Positions 36,100-47,654 of a DNA stretch of 64,000 nt are shown piece by piece (the stretch's first letter is position 1; each line of letters begins with the position of its first letter). The stretch is taken from the NCBI RefSeq assembly GCF_036321535.1, contig NC_087436.1:47184001-47248000 (forward strand). The letters are read 5' to 3'. Source of the DNA: Camelus dromedarius. Lineage: Eukaryota. Under the pieces are notes generated by a model that was not told the DNA's origin, made no database searches, and saw only the letters and a program-made list of their open reading frames with translations. A program made the position numbers and the translations under genes.

Positions 36100-38800
36100 T
36101 TCCTGCCTGGAATCTTCTGATCAAGATTCTGATGTGGTTGTTTTCTAAGCCTGTTGTTCAGGTGTTTTGTGACTTCCATTTGTCATAATTTAGAAATTTT
36201 TAGAAAAATTTTGGACTCTCCTGTGTTGAATCCATTTTCTGGATTCTATGTCTTTTTCTTATTTTATTCCCTTATTTTGCTGAAGCATATCCTCTAGCAG
36301 TTTCCTGAGAAAGGATGCATCAGAGGAGAATTTCTAAAGATTTTTTAGAGAATGTATATATTGTAACTTTCCCACTGTCTTGGAATTTTGAAGACATTGC
36401 TAAGAGTGGATTGATGTGTAATAAAACATGTACATCTTCAATGTGACTAGACACTGTCAAATTACTCTCCAAAGTGGAGAATACACCAAAAGCGTACCCA
36501 CCAGAAGTAAATGAACGTTCTCTTGTCAAATAGCTGCCATCACTTGGTGGTTGTCAACATTAGTTTTGCCAATCAGAGGGCTGAAATGTATCTCATCTGA
36601 TTTTTATTTGAATTTCCCTGATTATTACCAGTGGGTTGGAGCAGCTTCTCAGACGGTTATTGACCAGGTTTCCTGTTTTGTGATTTGCACTTATTAACTG
36701 TGCGATTTTCTTTTTCTTACATATTCTAGATGCACAGCAGATATCTCCTATCATGTGAAATGCTTTTTCACTTTTTTTAATGCTACTATTTGATAAACAA
36801 GCTTTAAATACAAAGATAGTTGCATTTATCAGTCTTTTTCTTACTGATTGGTACCGCATATTTTAATTTAGAAATATCTTCCTACCATGAGTTCATAAAT
36901 ACATTCTATATTTTCTTGTAAAGTTTTAAAATTTTGCTTTTCCAACTTTAAGTCTCTGTAATCTACCTGGAATTCATATTTATGTTAGGTACTCCTATGT
37001 ACTGTGAGGTAGGAATCCACTCTTTCCCCCCAGTTAGAAAACCTATTGTTCAAGCACCATTTATGGAATAGCCTCTCCTTTTCCCCACTGATTTACAACC
37101 CTGCCTCTGTCGTATGTTTTCTATACACAGGCAGGTCAGTTGATAAGTTTTCTAGTCTGCTATATTCTATACTGGTCTATTTATTTATCACTGTGTTTAA
37201 AACACGTTGTCTTAACTACTGTTACTCTATAATAAGATATAAATAGACTTTATAATAAGTCTTAATATCGAATAGGGAATTCCCCACCACCACCTTATTT
37301 TCCAAAATTCTTTTTGATTACTCTTGGTTCTTCACTCATATTTATAAAATTGCTTTATAAAATTGTTAATCAGCTTGTCAAGTTCTACTTTGACAAAAGC
37401 ACCTTTGAGATTTTGATTGGAATTGCATTTAATGTATAGATTTGTTTGAAAATTGCCTTCTCTATGATAATTGGACTTACTTGCAATCCAAGAATAAATC
37501 CAATTTTGGTTATGGTATTTCTATGCTCTTTTAAAAAACATTGTTGGATTTGGTTTTCTAATATGTTAAGTTTTTTAAAATTCATATTAATATATGAGAG
37601 TGGACTACAAATTTGCTTTCTCGTAATGTACTTTTCTGGATATACTGTCCTCCTAAAATGAGCCATGATGATCCTTTCTCTCTGAAAGAATTTGTCTAAA
37701 ATTATAACGGCATGTTCTTCTTTTTTCCTTTATTATTTTGTTCTTTTCAGATAAATAAAATCGGCTATCTAAGTCACTAATTTCCAGGCCTTTATCCTGA
37801 TGAATAAATTAAGGCTCTACAAGTTTCTCTGGGTACCACTTCAGCTGCAGGCTGCAAGCACTGATGCGTGCATTTGCAGTGCATTTTAAGTAAAAATTTT
37901 TTTATTTCTGCTTTGATTCTCTTTTGCCACCTCGGTTAACTTGGCTTATACTGATTTTTGACACTGATGAGACTTTTTAACCTAGTATGTGATCAATTTT
38001 AATAAAATTTCCAAATAAAGTTCAGAAGAGTTTTTATATATGCAATTGTTGGGTATAGGGTGCTCTTTCCAACAGAGAAGGCGTGATAATTGTTGGAATC
38101 AAATCTTCTATATCCTTATCAAATTTTTATCTGCCTGATCTCTCAACTATACAAACACTTATGTTAAAATATTTTGCTATAATGGTGCATTTGTCAATTT
38201 CTTTTTGTAGTTCTCTAAGTTTTTGTTATGTGTAGCTAACCATCACAGCTATATAGACATTTATATCTATATCTATGTGTCTATCTATGTTTTAGGTACC
38301 TATTTATGCTAGACAACATTATTAGGCACATTTAAGTTTAGAATTATTTTATATTCCTAGTTAAAAAGAAAAGGCTCCTTTTATCATCATGTAATGCCTT
38401 CCCTATTCTTAATAATGCAGCTTGATTTAAAGAATATTTTGTCAAAAGTACATCAGCTTTTCTTTTTAAAGTATTTTCTTGGTATAATCTTTCCCTTTCT
38501 TTTACTTTGAACTTTAATGTACCCTTATGTTTAGGGTATGTATGTTTCTTTTTTGTGTGTGGGACATGTCTCTTTTAAAACAACACATATTTGAATTTTT
38601 TAAAATCCATTCTGGCAATCAGTCTCTTAGCCAGTATGTTCAGTCCGTTTACAGTTAATATAATTATTCATTTATTTCTATCATATTAGTTTGAACTTTC
38701 TATTTGTCCTTCTGTGTCTATTCTTTTCCCCCTTCCTTTCTCACCTTTTTTTTTTTTCGCATTGAGAGAAACAGGCTGAATGCTCACCCTTAAGTTTTTA
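36100..38800 (-). mobile_element. Cluster of old, fragmented antisense L1 pieces in CYP2U1 intron 1
   Basis: T-rich L1 ORF2 reverse-complement text, for example 'ttttgattggaattgcatttaatgtatag' (minus strand 'IYTLNAIPIKI') and 'caagcaccatttatggaatag'. Confidence 0.65.
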
Positions 38801-38813
38801 CTTAAGCATACTA

Positions 38814-39090
38814 CAAGTGGTCAGCAAACTACAGCCCACAGGCCAAATCCAGCCTGCTACCTCCTTTGTATGGCCAGAGAACTAAGACTAGTTTTTATAG
38901 TTTTACCTGGTTGAAAAAAATCAAAAGAATATTTTGCAATAAGTGAAAACCAAATGAAATTCAAATTTCAGGGTTTGTAAGGAAAGTTTAACTAGGACAC
39001 AGCCAGCTAATGAGCCACTGAGCTTCAATTACATACAATCTATGGCTGCTTGTGCACTAAAATGGCAGAGTAGTTGCAACAGAGATTAGA
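38814..39090. mobile_element. hAT-Charlie MITE (MER58B-like), partial
   Basis: Starts 'caagtggtcagcaaactacagcccacaggccaaatccagcctgc', typical of MER58 termini. Confidence 0.6.
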
Positions 39091-40249
39091 GGTGAAGGGA
39101 GAACATTTTCTCTGCCAGAGTTCAGGCCAAGACAAGCAAGTTTCCTTGCTTTCTTTTTGGCCAGGCTTGTTCGGTGTTCTCTGTCTAATTCCCACTCAGA
39201 GTGAGGCTCCTCAGGAGCCCCTCTTCATCTACAGGCAACTTTTCATCTTGCGTGGTACAAGCTTATCTCTCTGCCCCTGTCACCCCCATTTCACATCTCT
39301 GGCTGGCTAAGAGGTCACTAAATTCCAAAGTTCTCCAGAGCATCTACTTTCTATTTTCTGCAGGGGAGAGGGTGGTGATAAGGAACTGGTCTAACTATAG
39401 TTCATATGTACTTCAAGCAATAGCTGTTTTCAGCCCTCTGGCTCACCCCTGCCTCCTGTGATCCCTGGTACTTCCAATTCCTGAAACTTTTGGGGTTCTT
39501 CAGGGCAAACTGTCCCATACCCCATTAGTACCTCTCTCTGTAGAAACTTAAGGGTGGTCACCCTCTATTCTTTAAAGTCATTTGGGCCAATCCTATGTTT
39601 ACTTTTTGTCTTCAGATATTGTTGTACAGGATTGCAGATTTATTTCAACATGGATAGTGTATGCACTTCTGTTAAAAGTCTCTCTGGTTTAGTGTGTGAT
39701 TGTCAAGAGAAAGAAGGAATTGAAACATCTTAACCACTCCTGAAACCAGAACTCTCCCTTTGTTTAATAAAGTCCCATAAACCATTTCCTCAGCAACCAT
39801 AGCTCATTCACTCTTCCTGTCTTTAACCATGGCCAAGTCTTTTGCTGCTTTCAGCATTCAGATGCTAAGTGTCTATGGGTCCCTTTTTCTTTTCTTGGGA
39901 AGATATGGTCTCTCACTTTAAATGCAGGATTTGAGACTAATTTTAACTACTGTCTAATTTAAGGTATCACATTTGACATCTCTGCTCTGTCCTATTTCTC
40001 AAGGAGCTTTATTCCTCTGTGAAGTCCTCAGTCTGTGTCATCTAATCATCATCTTTTAAACCACACATTTGGGTTTTAGAAACAGTTTATCTAGCCAAAT
40101 GCCCTTTCTTAAATTCAGTTTTCCAATATTTGTTTAGAGTCCCCTATGTGCCAGATACAAGGGCACGCAGATTTCAAAGACACAGTCCCTGTTCTCAAGA
40201 TGCTTATAGTTTTATGAGGAACTAGACAAACCAACAACCCTAATCCACT

Positions 40250-40410
40250 ACTGTATGTTGGACTGTATTGAAGTTCCGTATCACATTGAAAGTTGTATGG
40301 TGAGCTGTACTGAAGTTGCACAGTTGGAATGCATGGCACTGAATGTTGCATTGTTGGGCTGCATGGTATGGAATGTTGTTACGCTGGACCGTACTGAAGT
40401 TGCAGTGTAG
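40250..40410. repeat. Degenerate minisatellite-like block
   Basis: Recurring units 'tggactgtattgaagttccg', 'gagctgtactgaagttgca' and 'tggaccgtactgaagttgca'. Confidence 0.6.
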
Positions 40411-41850
40411 ATAGAGGAAGGAGCACTGTGTCAGCTGAGAGGCAGTACTTCTCAGAAGAGAGGACATCTGAGCGACACTTCCTTTGTAAATAAGAATGTG
40501 TATGAAGGCACATTTTAGAAAAATAAAGAACATGAACAAATTTAAAGAAGCTATTTTTAAGAAGAGCTGAATTATCTTGAGGGAAAAGCCAGGTTCATAG
40601 AAGGCAAGGAAGTGGAGGGAACTTCTCAGGAGAGGCTGATATTTGAGCGGCGGTGTATCTGATGACAAGCTGACCGGTAGGAAGTGCAAGGCAGAAGAGG
40701 TGACCAAAGAGTCAAAGAGGATGCCGGGCGGGGGCACCGGCACGATTAACAGCCTTGGGGTTTCAAACTTTACAAAACAGCCCCGTTGAGAAGCCACAAT
40801 GGCTTACAGTCTGACAGTGTTTGGAAGAGGCTCTAGCGCAGCCTGCAGTTGTTGACATCTCCATTCTTAGCCCTGAAAAGCAGTGGTGTCCATGGGTGCA
40901 TACAAAGACTTCATCTCAAGGAGGAGAATAACACTGAAAAATAAAAATGGCTCCAAAGCAAAAATCAGGACTCTTTTGTTCGCAAATGACAAAAATATAC
41001 CCTCAAGTTAGTTTGGCAAAAAGGCCAGTTAGGTTGTGGATGGAACCAAAAGACAGGAAGCGCTGGCTATTACCACCTCAGAGAAGGCTAAATGCTACAG
41101 ACCTTCTTCTCTCTGCACCTGTTTTTCACTCCTTTCTGCCTGACTGACTTCATTCCTTCCTACTGCAAACCAGCTTTTCCAAGAATCTGGAGCTATCTCG
41201 AGATGCCCATCCTCCCATTTCCACCACTGGAGAGAAAAGCCCTCTAAAGGCCTCTTTTCTCTAGTTCAACCCGAAAAATGCTAGGGAAGGATTCAAATGC
41301 TTCAGTCAGTATTCCACAGTGACACCAATTTGCAACACTTTAAGTTTATTTTGTGGCTTGAGGTTTCCACACTATGCCACAAGCATCAATTCTTACCCTG
41401 TGATGATCGATCCATAGTTATGAACTTGAGTTCTTTACCCAGCCCACAGACTAACCACCACAAATTAGTGAGATATTCTGATCAAGTCACCTCTGATCAG
41501 GGGTCTTTGCCCTGACTAATCACCGCGGCCAGAGAGGGGAATTCATATAACGATACAGCATCTCCTGTTCCGACCACACTTAATGGATACAAAAGGGTGG
41601 TGGGCACAAATAGTTCCTCAGAAGAAGGGGTGTTCTTGTCAGAAGAATAAGTGCTATGACTATGATACATTCTCACAAAGGAATACTGTATAGCTCTTAA
41701 GAACTTTGCAAGAGAATAACAATATGGAAATATATTCACAATACTTTAAGTGATAAACAACAATTTTAGCGTGAAGAATATGATTTTATTTTAAGGAAGC
41801 AAATATATTTTCAAAAATACCTGTACATACACAAAAAAATACTAGAAGGT

Positions 41851-42204
41851 TGCCACAGGCTGAATGTTTGTGTCCCTTCAAATTCATACGTTAAATCTTA
41901 ATGCCCTGCGTGATGGTATTTGGAAGGGAGGTCTTTGGGTGTGATTAGGTCAGGAGGGTGGAGCCCTTGAATGGAATTAGTGCCTTTATAAAAGAAGCCC
42001 CAGAGATCTCCCTTCCCCTCTTTCGCATGTGAGGTTACAGACAGTTGCCTATAAATTGAGAAGCTGGCCCTCACCAGACACCAAATTGGCCAGCACCTTG
42101 ACCTTGGACCTCTCAGCCTCCAGAATTGTGAGAAATAAAATCTGCTGTATATAAGCCACCCAGCCTGCAGTCCTCTGTTATAGCAGCTCAAATAGACTAA
42201 AACA
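41851..42204 (+). mobile_element. MaLR solo LTR (MLT1A-like)
   Basis: TG...CA ends with a perfect 5-bp TSD AAGGT at 41846-41850 and 42205-42209. It contains 'ctgaatgtttgtgtccc' and an internal AATAAA. Confidence 0.88.
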
Positions 42205-43081
42205 AAGGTGGTACGTAAGAATGCCAACAATGGCTATCTCAAAATAATAATGATCTCAGATGGTTTTAATTCTTTTTGAAAAGAATGAAAAGGAACTCTT
42301 TTATTCCTTTTCCATATTCCATAGTTAAAATACATTAAATTTGATGTAGTTCTACATTGATCACATATGTTTTCTTCCTCTTAAAGCAGAAAAAGTATTA
42401 TCTATTGATTATATCTGCCCTTTTCTTCCACAAGGTCACAGAAGTATCCTTCTTAGTGGGAATGCTTTCTTGACACGAGCACGTAACTATTTCAAATACC
42501 TTCTTCACTGCATTTGCTACAAGATTCAGTTATCTTATTTTTTATTTATTTATCTTATTATTTTTTATCTTTATTTTTCTCACTCATTTTCAAATTCTTC
42601 AAATGAACTTTCATTTTCTATTTTTATTTCCTAATTTCATTTGTATCCTGTACCCCTTTGAGGTGCTCAGTACTGACTGATCTATCCTGTACTTTTTAAA
42701 CTTCAAAACTTCCTTTTGCCTCCCACTTTTATGTCTTTGCAATTTGCTTTGACTCTTGCTCTAAGTCTCCAGCAATCTCTCAAAATTAGAAGTAATCTAA
42801 TTTCTATCAACAGGGAAATAGATAAATCAAAAACTACAAGTAGAAAGATACTTTAAATATATGACATTGGCAAGTTTTTAAAAAACATACCAAATAAATC
42901 TATGTATTGTTTATGAATCTGAAGCAAATGTGAATAGTGGATGAACGAGTTTATATTGTTCTCTGAACTTTATATTGAAATATTTTATAATAAAAATGTG
43001 ATGTGCACAAACCTTTTAGAAGAAATAGACCACACTTAGAGTAGAGTCCTCCTTTGGTAGAATTGGCTCTGACTTTGTAAC

Positions 43082-43270
43082 ATTTTTTTAAGTTGAAGTA
43101 TAGTCAATTTACAATATTACATTAGTTTCAGGTATATAAGACAGTGATTCAAAATTTTTATAGAGTATACCCTGTTTAAAGTTATTATAAACCATTGGCT
43201 ACATTCTCTGTGCTGTACAATATATCCTTGTAGCTTATTTATTTTATACATAGTAGTCTGTACCTCTTAA
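43082..43270 (-). mobile_element. 5'-truncated L1 3' end
   Basis: Reverse complement of the L1 3'UTR seen at 4090 and 30514, with a perfect 14-bp TSD TCTGACTTTGTAAC at 43068-43081 and 43271-43284. Confidence 0.9.
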
Positions 43271-44399
43271 TCTGACTTTGTAACTTTATTAATCATTTCT
43301 GGTCAGGAACAGAGTCAGATGGAAGAACATGGCAGGTGAAGCTAATGCAGAACACCTTTATGGCCTCTGAGCTTCCCGTAGTTTTTATGGGCTTAAGAAA
43401 ATCAACTTGTCTAAGCATGATATTTTGAAAAACTCAAATACAAAAAATAACCTCCCATATTCTAGAGCTTGTTGGCAATGAATTAAGTGAACTATTTCCA
43501 GCACATCACTGCTTATGAAACATTTCTCCTCTGCTAGACGCCAACTTTAACAGCAAAATTCTTTAAAGATATTCTGTAATAAACATTTAATAACAGTATA
43601 GGCCTCCAGTTCCTAATATCCCTTCTCTTTCTCTTATAGTCTACATATCCTGCTTCTGGACAACTTCACATTTTACAGTCCTGCCACTGGAAACAGCACC
43701 AAAGGTGGCTCGGGGACTCCTCAAGTCTTGCTGAGCTCAGCCGCTCAGCCTTTGGGTCCCGTGGCCTCTCTTCTTCAGGCTCATGCCGCCCATTTCTTAA
43801 CCTGTGAAGTCTCCTCAGAACTCATCTGCTCCTTCATCCTTCGATGGGCATCTTGAAATAAACTCACATTCTCCCCATTTATTCTCCACCCTTGAAAAAG
43901 TTCCCTGAAAAAATTCCTCAACTATCCATATCTTCCTATTCAGATGATCTGTTCTCTAGTCCAAATTAAATCCACAAGCATTTTCCTTGTGACACATGGT
44001 TCCTGCTTTTTCTTCTCCAGTCAATCATCTTCACCAGCTACAGAATCTTCTCTCAGTTCTTTCACAGCACATTTGCCCAACACACACACACCAGAATACC
44101 AGAGCAGCATCACCTAAAAAGTCCTGTCTCTTGGGGAAATTAATGCTTTAGTTGAGATACTAAAGCACCAAATTACCCCAGGCTTCCCATCCTTTCCTAA
44201 ATAAAGAGGGATCCAATAATGAGCTGTGATGCAATTAATATTTAGAACCTACCTTATTATAGATTCTTTACCAAACCATACACCCACCAAGAAGGACCTC
44301 AAAGAAGAAAATCTAACTCCTACCTTTAAAAACCAGCAGGAAAAGGTAGACACACAACAACAGCTACAATACAATGTGGTGAGGGCGTCAAGTAGATGC

Positions 44400-45150
44400 T
44401 GGTCTGCACGCATTCGTTTCTTTCTTATTACCAACTCTGTGCCAGTTAACGGGGATACAACAGTTAACAAGATGAGACAAATCAATGCCCTCATGGAGTT
44501 CACATTCCAGTGGGGGCTGGGGTTGGTGGTAACAGGCTACTTTCAAAGTGTTTAGTGAATGAGTTTAATGAAATATGAATGAGATAAAATAAGTTGTGAT
44601 ACTGAGCAGTGTCTAAAATAAGAGGAAAAGGTGACAACTGGCCTGAGAGATGACAAGAAGTCAAGTAAAAAGCTATTCTGGGCCCAAGGATAACAAATCC
44701 AGTAGCCTGGGGCAGTCACCAGCTTGGCAGGAATCAGCGTAGTGTGTCTACAGCAGGTTGAAATGTACAGGTAAAGGCAGAGTGGAAAGAGATAAAGCCA
44801 GAAAGGCAGGAAGGGACAGGATCCGTCAGGGCATAGCAGGTCAAGTATGGAGTTGGAGGAGATCGGTTTCAGTGGGGATGGGGCAGGGGAGGGAGACATG
44901 TTTGTTTTGATTCATGATTTTTTATACAAGACATCCCTTTGGCTGCTATGTGGATAAGAGATTGGAGCAGAAGCACACAGGCCAGTTAAGAGGCTTCTAA
45001 TGTATCAGATGAGAAACTATGGTAGCTTGGATGAGGGTGCTGACAACGGAGAGAAGTGGATAGATGCACAATGTGGATGTATTTGCAGTAGGAACTGACA
45101 AGACTTGTTGATTGACTGGTAGGGGATGAGATGGGGGTTAAAATTAAAAC
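44400..45150 (-). mobile_element. L2 LINE fragments
   Basis: L2-like text 'tgccctcatggagttcacattccagtgggg' and 'ggatgtatttgcagtaggaactgacaagacttgttgattgactgg'. Confidence 0.55.
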
Positions 45151-45249
45151 AGTGGCATCATAGAGAAAAAGATAGTTCACTTCTACCTAGAGGGTACAGA
45201 AGTATGTCAGGGAACACATGCTCAAAGAGGTGACATTTAAGCAGGTATG

Positions 45250-46060
45250 AAAAAACATAATAAGTGTTGGTGAGGATGTGGAGAAACTTGAACACTGGAA
45301 CACTGGTCACTGCTGGTAGAAATGTAAAATGGTGCAGCTGCTATAGAAAACGGTTTGGCAGCTACTCAAGAAATTAAACACAGAATTACCATATGACCAA
45401 GCAATTCTACTTCTAGATATATATCCAAAATAACTGCATGCAGGGACTTGAACAGATATTTGTAGACACGCCATGTTCATAGCCACATTTTTTTTTCATA
45501 ATAGCCTAAAGGTGGAAACACCCAAGTGTCCATCAGGAAATGAATGGGTAAACAAAATGTGGCATATGCATTCAGTAAAGTATTCACTCTTAAAAAGGAA
45601 GGCAATTCTCACGCATGCAACAACATAGATGAATCTCAAAACATTATGCTAAGTGAAAGGACAAATATAGTGTGATTCCACTTATGTAAACTACTTAGAA
45701 TAGTCAAATTCATAGAGACAGAAAACAGAATGGTGGCTGCCAGGGGTTAGAATTTTTTGATGTTTAATAGGGTTTTTGTTGCAAACAAAATTCTTTTTAT
45801 TACATTGAGGAAGATGACTTTTTAGTGTTTGTTTAATGGGTGCCAAGTTTCAGTTTCACAAGCTGTAAAGAGTTCTGGAGATAGTGGTGATGGTTTCACA
45901 ACAGTGTGAATGACTTAATGGCATTGAACTGTACACTTAATAATGGTTAAGATGCCTAACACAACATTGTAAATCAACTATACTTCAATAAAAACAATAA
46001 CAATAATGGCTACGATGGTAAATTTTATGTTATATGTACTTCACCACAATTTTTATTTAA
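45250..46060 (+). mobile_element. Old L1 (L1MB-like) 3' end with a small nested younger L1 tip
   Basis: Begins 'aagtgttggtgaggatgtggagaaacttgaac...aatgtaaaatggtgcagctgct'. The nested tip at about 45955-46001 is flanked by AATAATGGTTAAGATG and AATAATGGCTACGATG. Confidence 0.8.
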
Positions 46061-47046
46061 AAGAGAGAGAAAAGAAAAGCAGACAAGAGTTCTCCAGGAG
46101 GCCCTGAGATCACAGGAGAATTCCAGGTTGCAGAAGCAGCATGTGTGACGGCATGGAGAGGGCAAGGTATGAACTGTGACATTTGTTTTCCAGCGGGACA
46201 TTTATATATTAAGATCATCATTACTCTTCATTTAAAAACCTGATGCAAAACTCTGGCTTAATCAGATTCTAAAAAGCCTGGATCTCTTTATGTCACATTC
46301 CAGGAACGTGAAGTAGTAGTTCCACTTATTTAATAAATAGTTACTGACTCCTACTACGTGCCAGGCAGGACAAGGAATTACTCTGTCCTCCCAGATGTCA
46401 GTCTAGTGGTGAAGACTCACATTCAGGCCCAAGGTTACAAAATGATGAAGCCTCAAGACTGATACGTGCAGGTAAGGAAAATTACTTGCGCAATGAAACT
46501 AGTTCTAACAAGGGGGCCTAACTTACCTGCAGAAGTGAGGAAAAAATAAACTCCGAGGGAAGGACATTTAAATTAACACCGGACTGAAGGGGAGGAGTGA
46601 CACAGACCACACACACACAAAAAAAGTCTGGAACCTGTGCCGGCCAATAAGACAAAGGGGAAGACCGATAAACAAAGGGCAAATGTGACAGTCCACTGCA
46701 GTAGATAATCATGTTTACCAACCCTCAGAACTGCCCGAGGTAGACTTCCATAAGCAGGAATCACAGAGGCTACAAACCCAGTGCATTAGGTTTGCCAGTA
46801 GGCTCCTGTCATGTTTTCTGGACTTTGTATCTTATAGGAAAATCATTTTCTTATACTCCTGCACTCAAAACTCAGAAGGTGAAAATACCCCTCTCTTTCT
46901 AAAGCCGCCAAAGTTCTTCCTAGGAACACAGCCCGAAGAGGGAGGCCGTGTTCAGGGAAGGCGCTCGAGGGGATGTCAAAGGCACCAGGAAAGGCACCTC
47001 CTTGGCCTCAGGATGCAGGTGTGAGCCGGACTGGGTGCGCGCAGCT

Positions 47047-47085
47047 GCAGCGGCACAGGACCCGCAGCGGCACAGGACCCGCAGC
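47047..47085. repeat. 17-bp tandem duplication (GCAGCGGCACAGGACCC x2.3)
   Basis: Perfect copies at 47047-47063 and 47064-47080. Confidence 0.9.
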
Positions 47086-47164
47086 CCCGGGGCACCTGCA
47101 GACCCATCCGCGCGTTCACACGGCCTGTGACCCCCAAACCTCTGGCGGCCGCGGCCCAGCTCAC

Positions 47165-47654
47165 CCTTCCCCTTGGTCATGATGGAGATGAGCGGCACCC
47201 GCGGGCGGTCGCTGAAGACCTCGGCCTGCTGCACCAGCGCTTCGCGCACGCTGTGGAAGTCGCTGAGGACCACCACCAGGTAGTGGCCGATGAAGAAGCT
47301 GCAGATGTTGCCGTACTTGTGGGCCATCTCGGCCAGAAGCAACTGCGCGCCCAGGCCGGAGAGGTTCAGTCCTCCGGCCTTCGCCCGGCGGTACGGCCAG
47401 CTCTTCCGTCGCAGGAAAGGCGGCAGCAGCACGAAGCCGAAGTTGCCCACCACGGGCCAAGGCGTGGGCCCCGGGGGGATGCCCCGCGCCCGGCGGCGCC
47501 ACAGCCAGCTCCAGCCCAGCAGCGCCGCCAGGCCAAGCAGCAGCAGCGCGCCGCCCGTGCGGTCCAGCAGCAGCAGCCCCGAGGGCGCGTGCAGGAGGCT
47601 GAGAGGCCAGGGCGAGCCCTCGGCGGAAGGCTGGGGCAGCCCCTGCGCGGCCAT
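47165..47654 (-). CDS. CYP2U1: CYP2U1 exon 1, coding part (cytochrome P450 2U1, fatty-acid omega/omega-1 hydroxylase)
   Basis: 490 nt from ATG (context GTCATGG) encoding an extended N-terminus, a TM helix, [12 protein letters not shown] and [14 protein letters not shown]. The donor is AAGG|GTGAGC. The five exons total 490+636+162+168+179=1635 nt, or 544 aa plus stop, in frame. Confidence 0.97.

Noticed and set aside
40240..40797. 185-aa minus-strand ORF with repeated 'CNFST' motifs
   Set aside because: The repeats derive from the degenerate minisatellite and an L2-like fragment, with no coding evidence.
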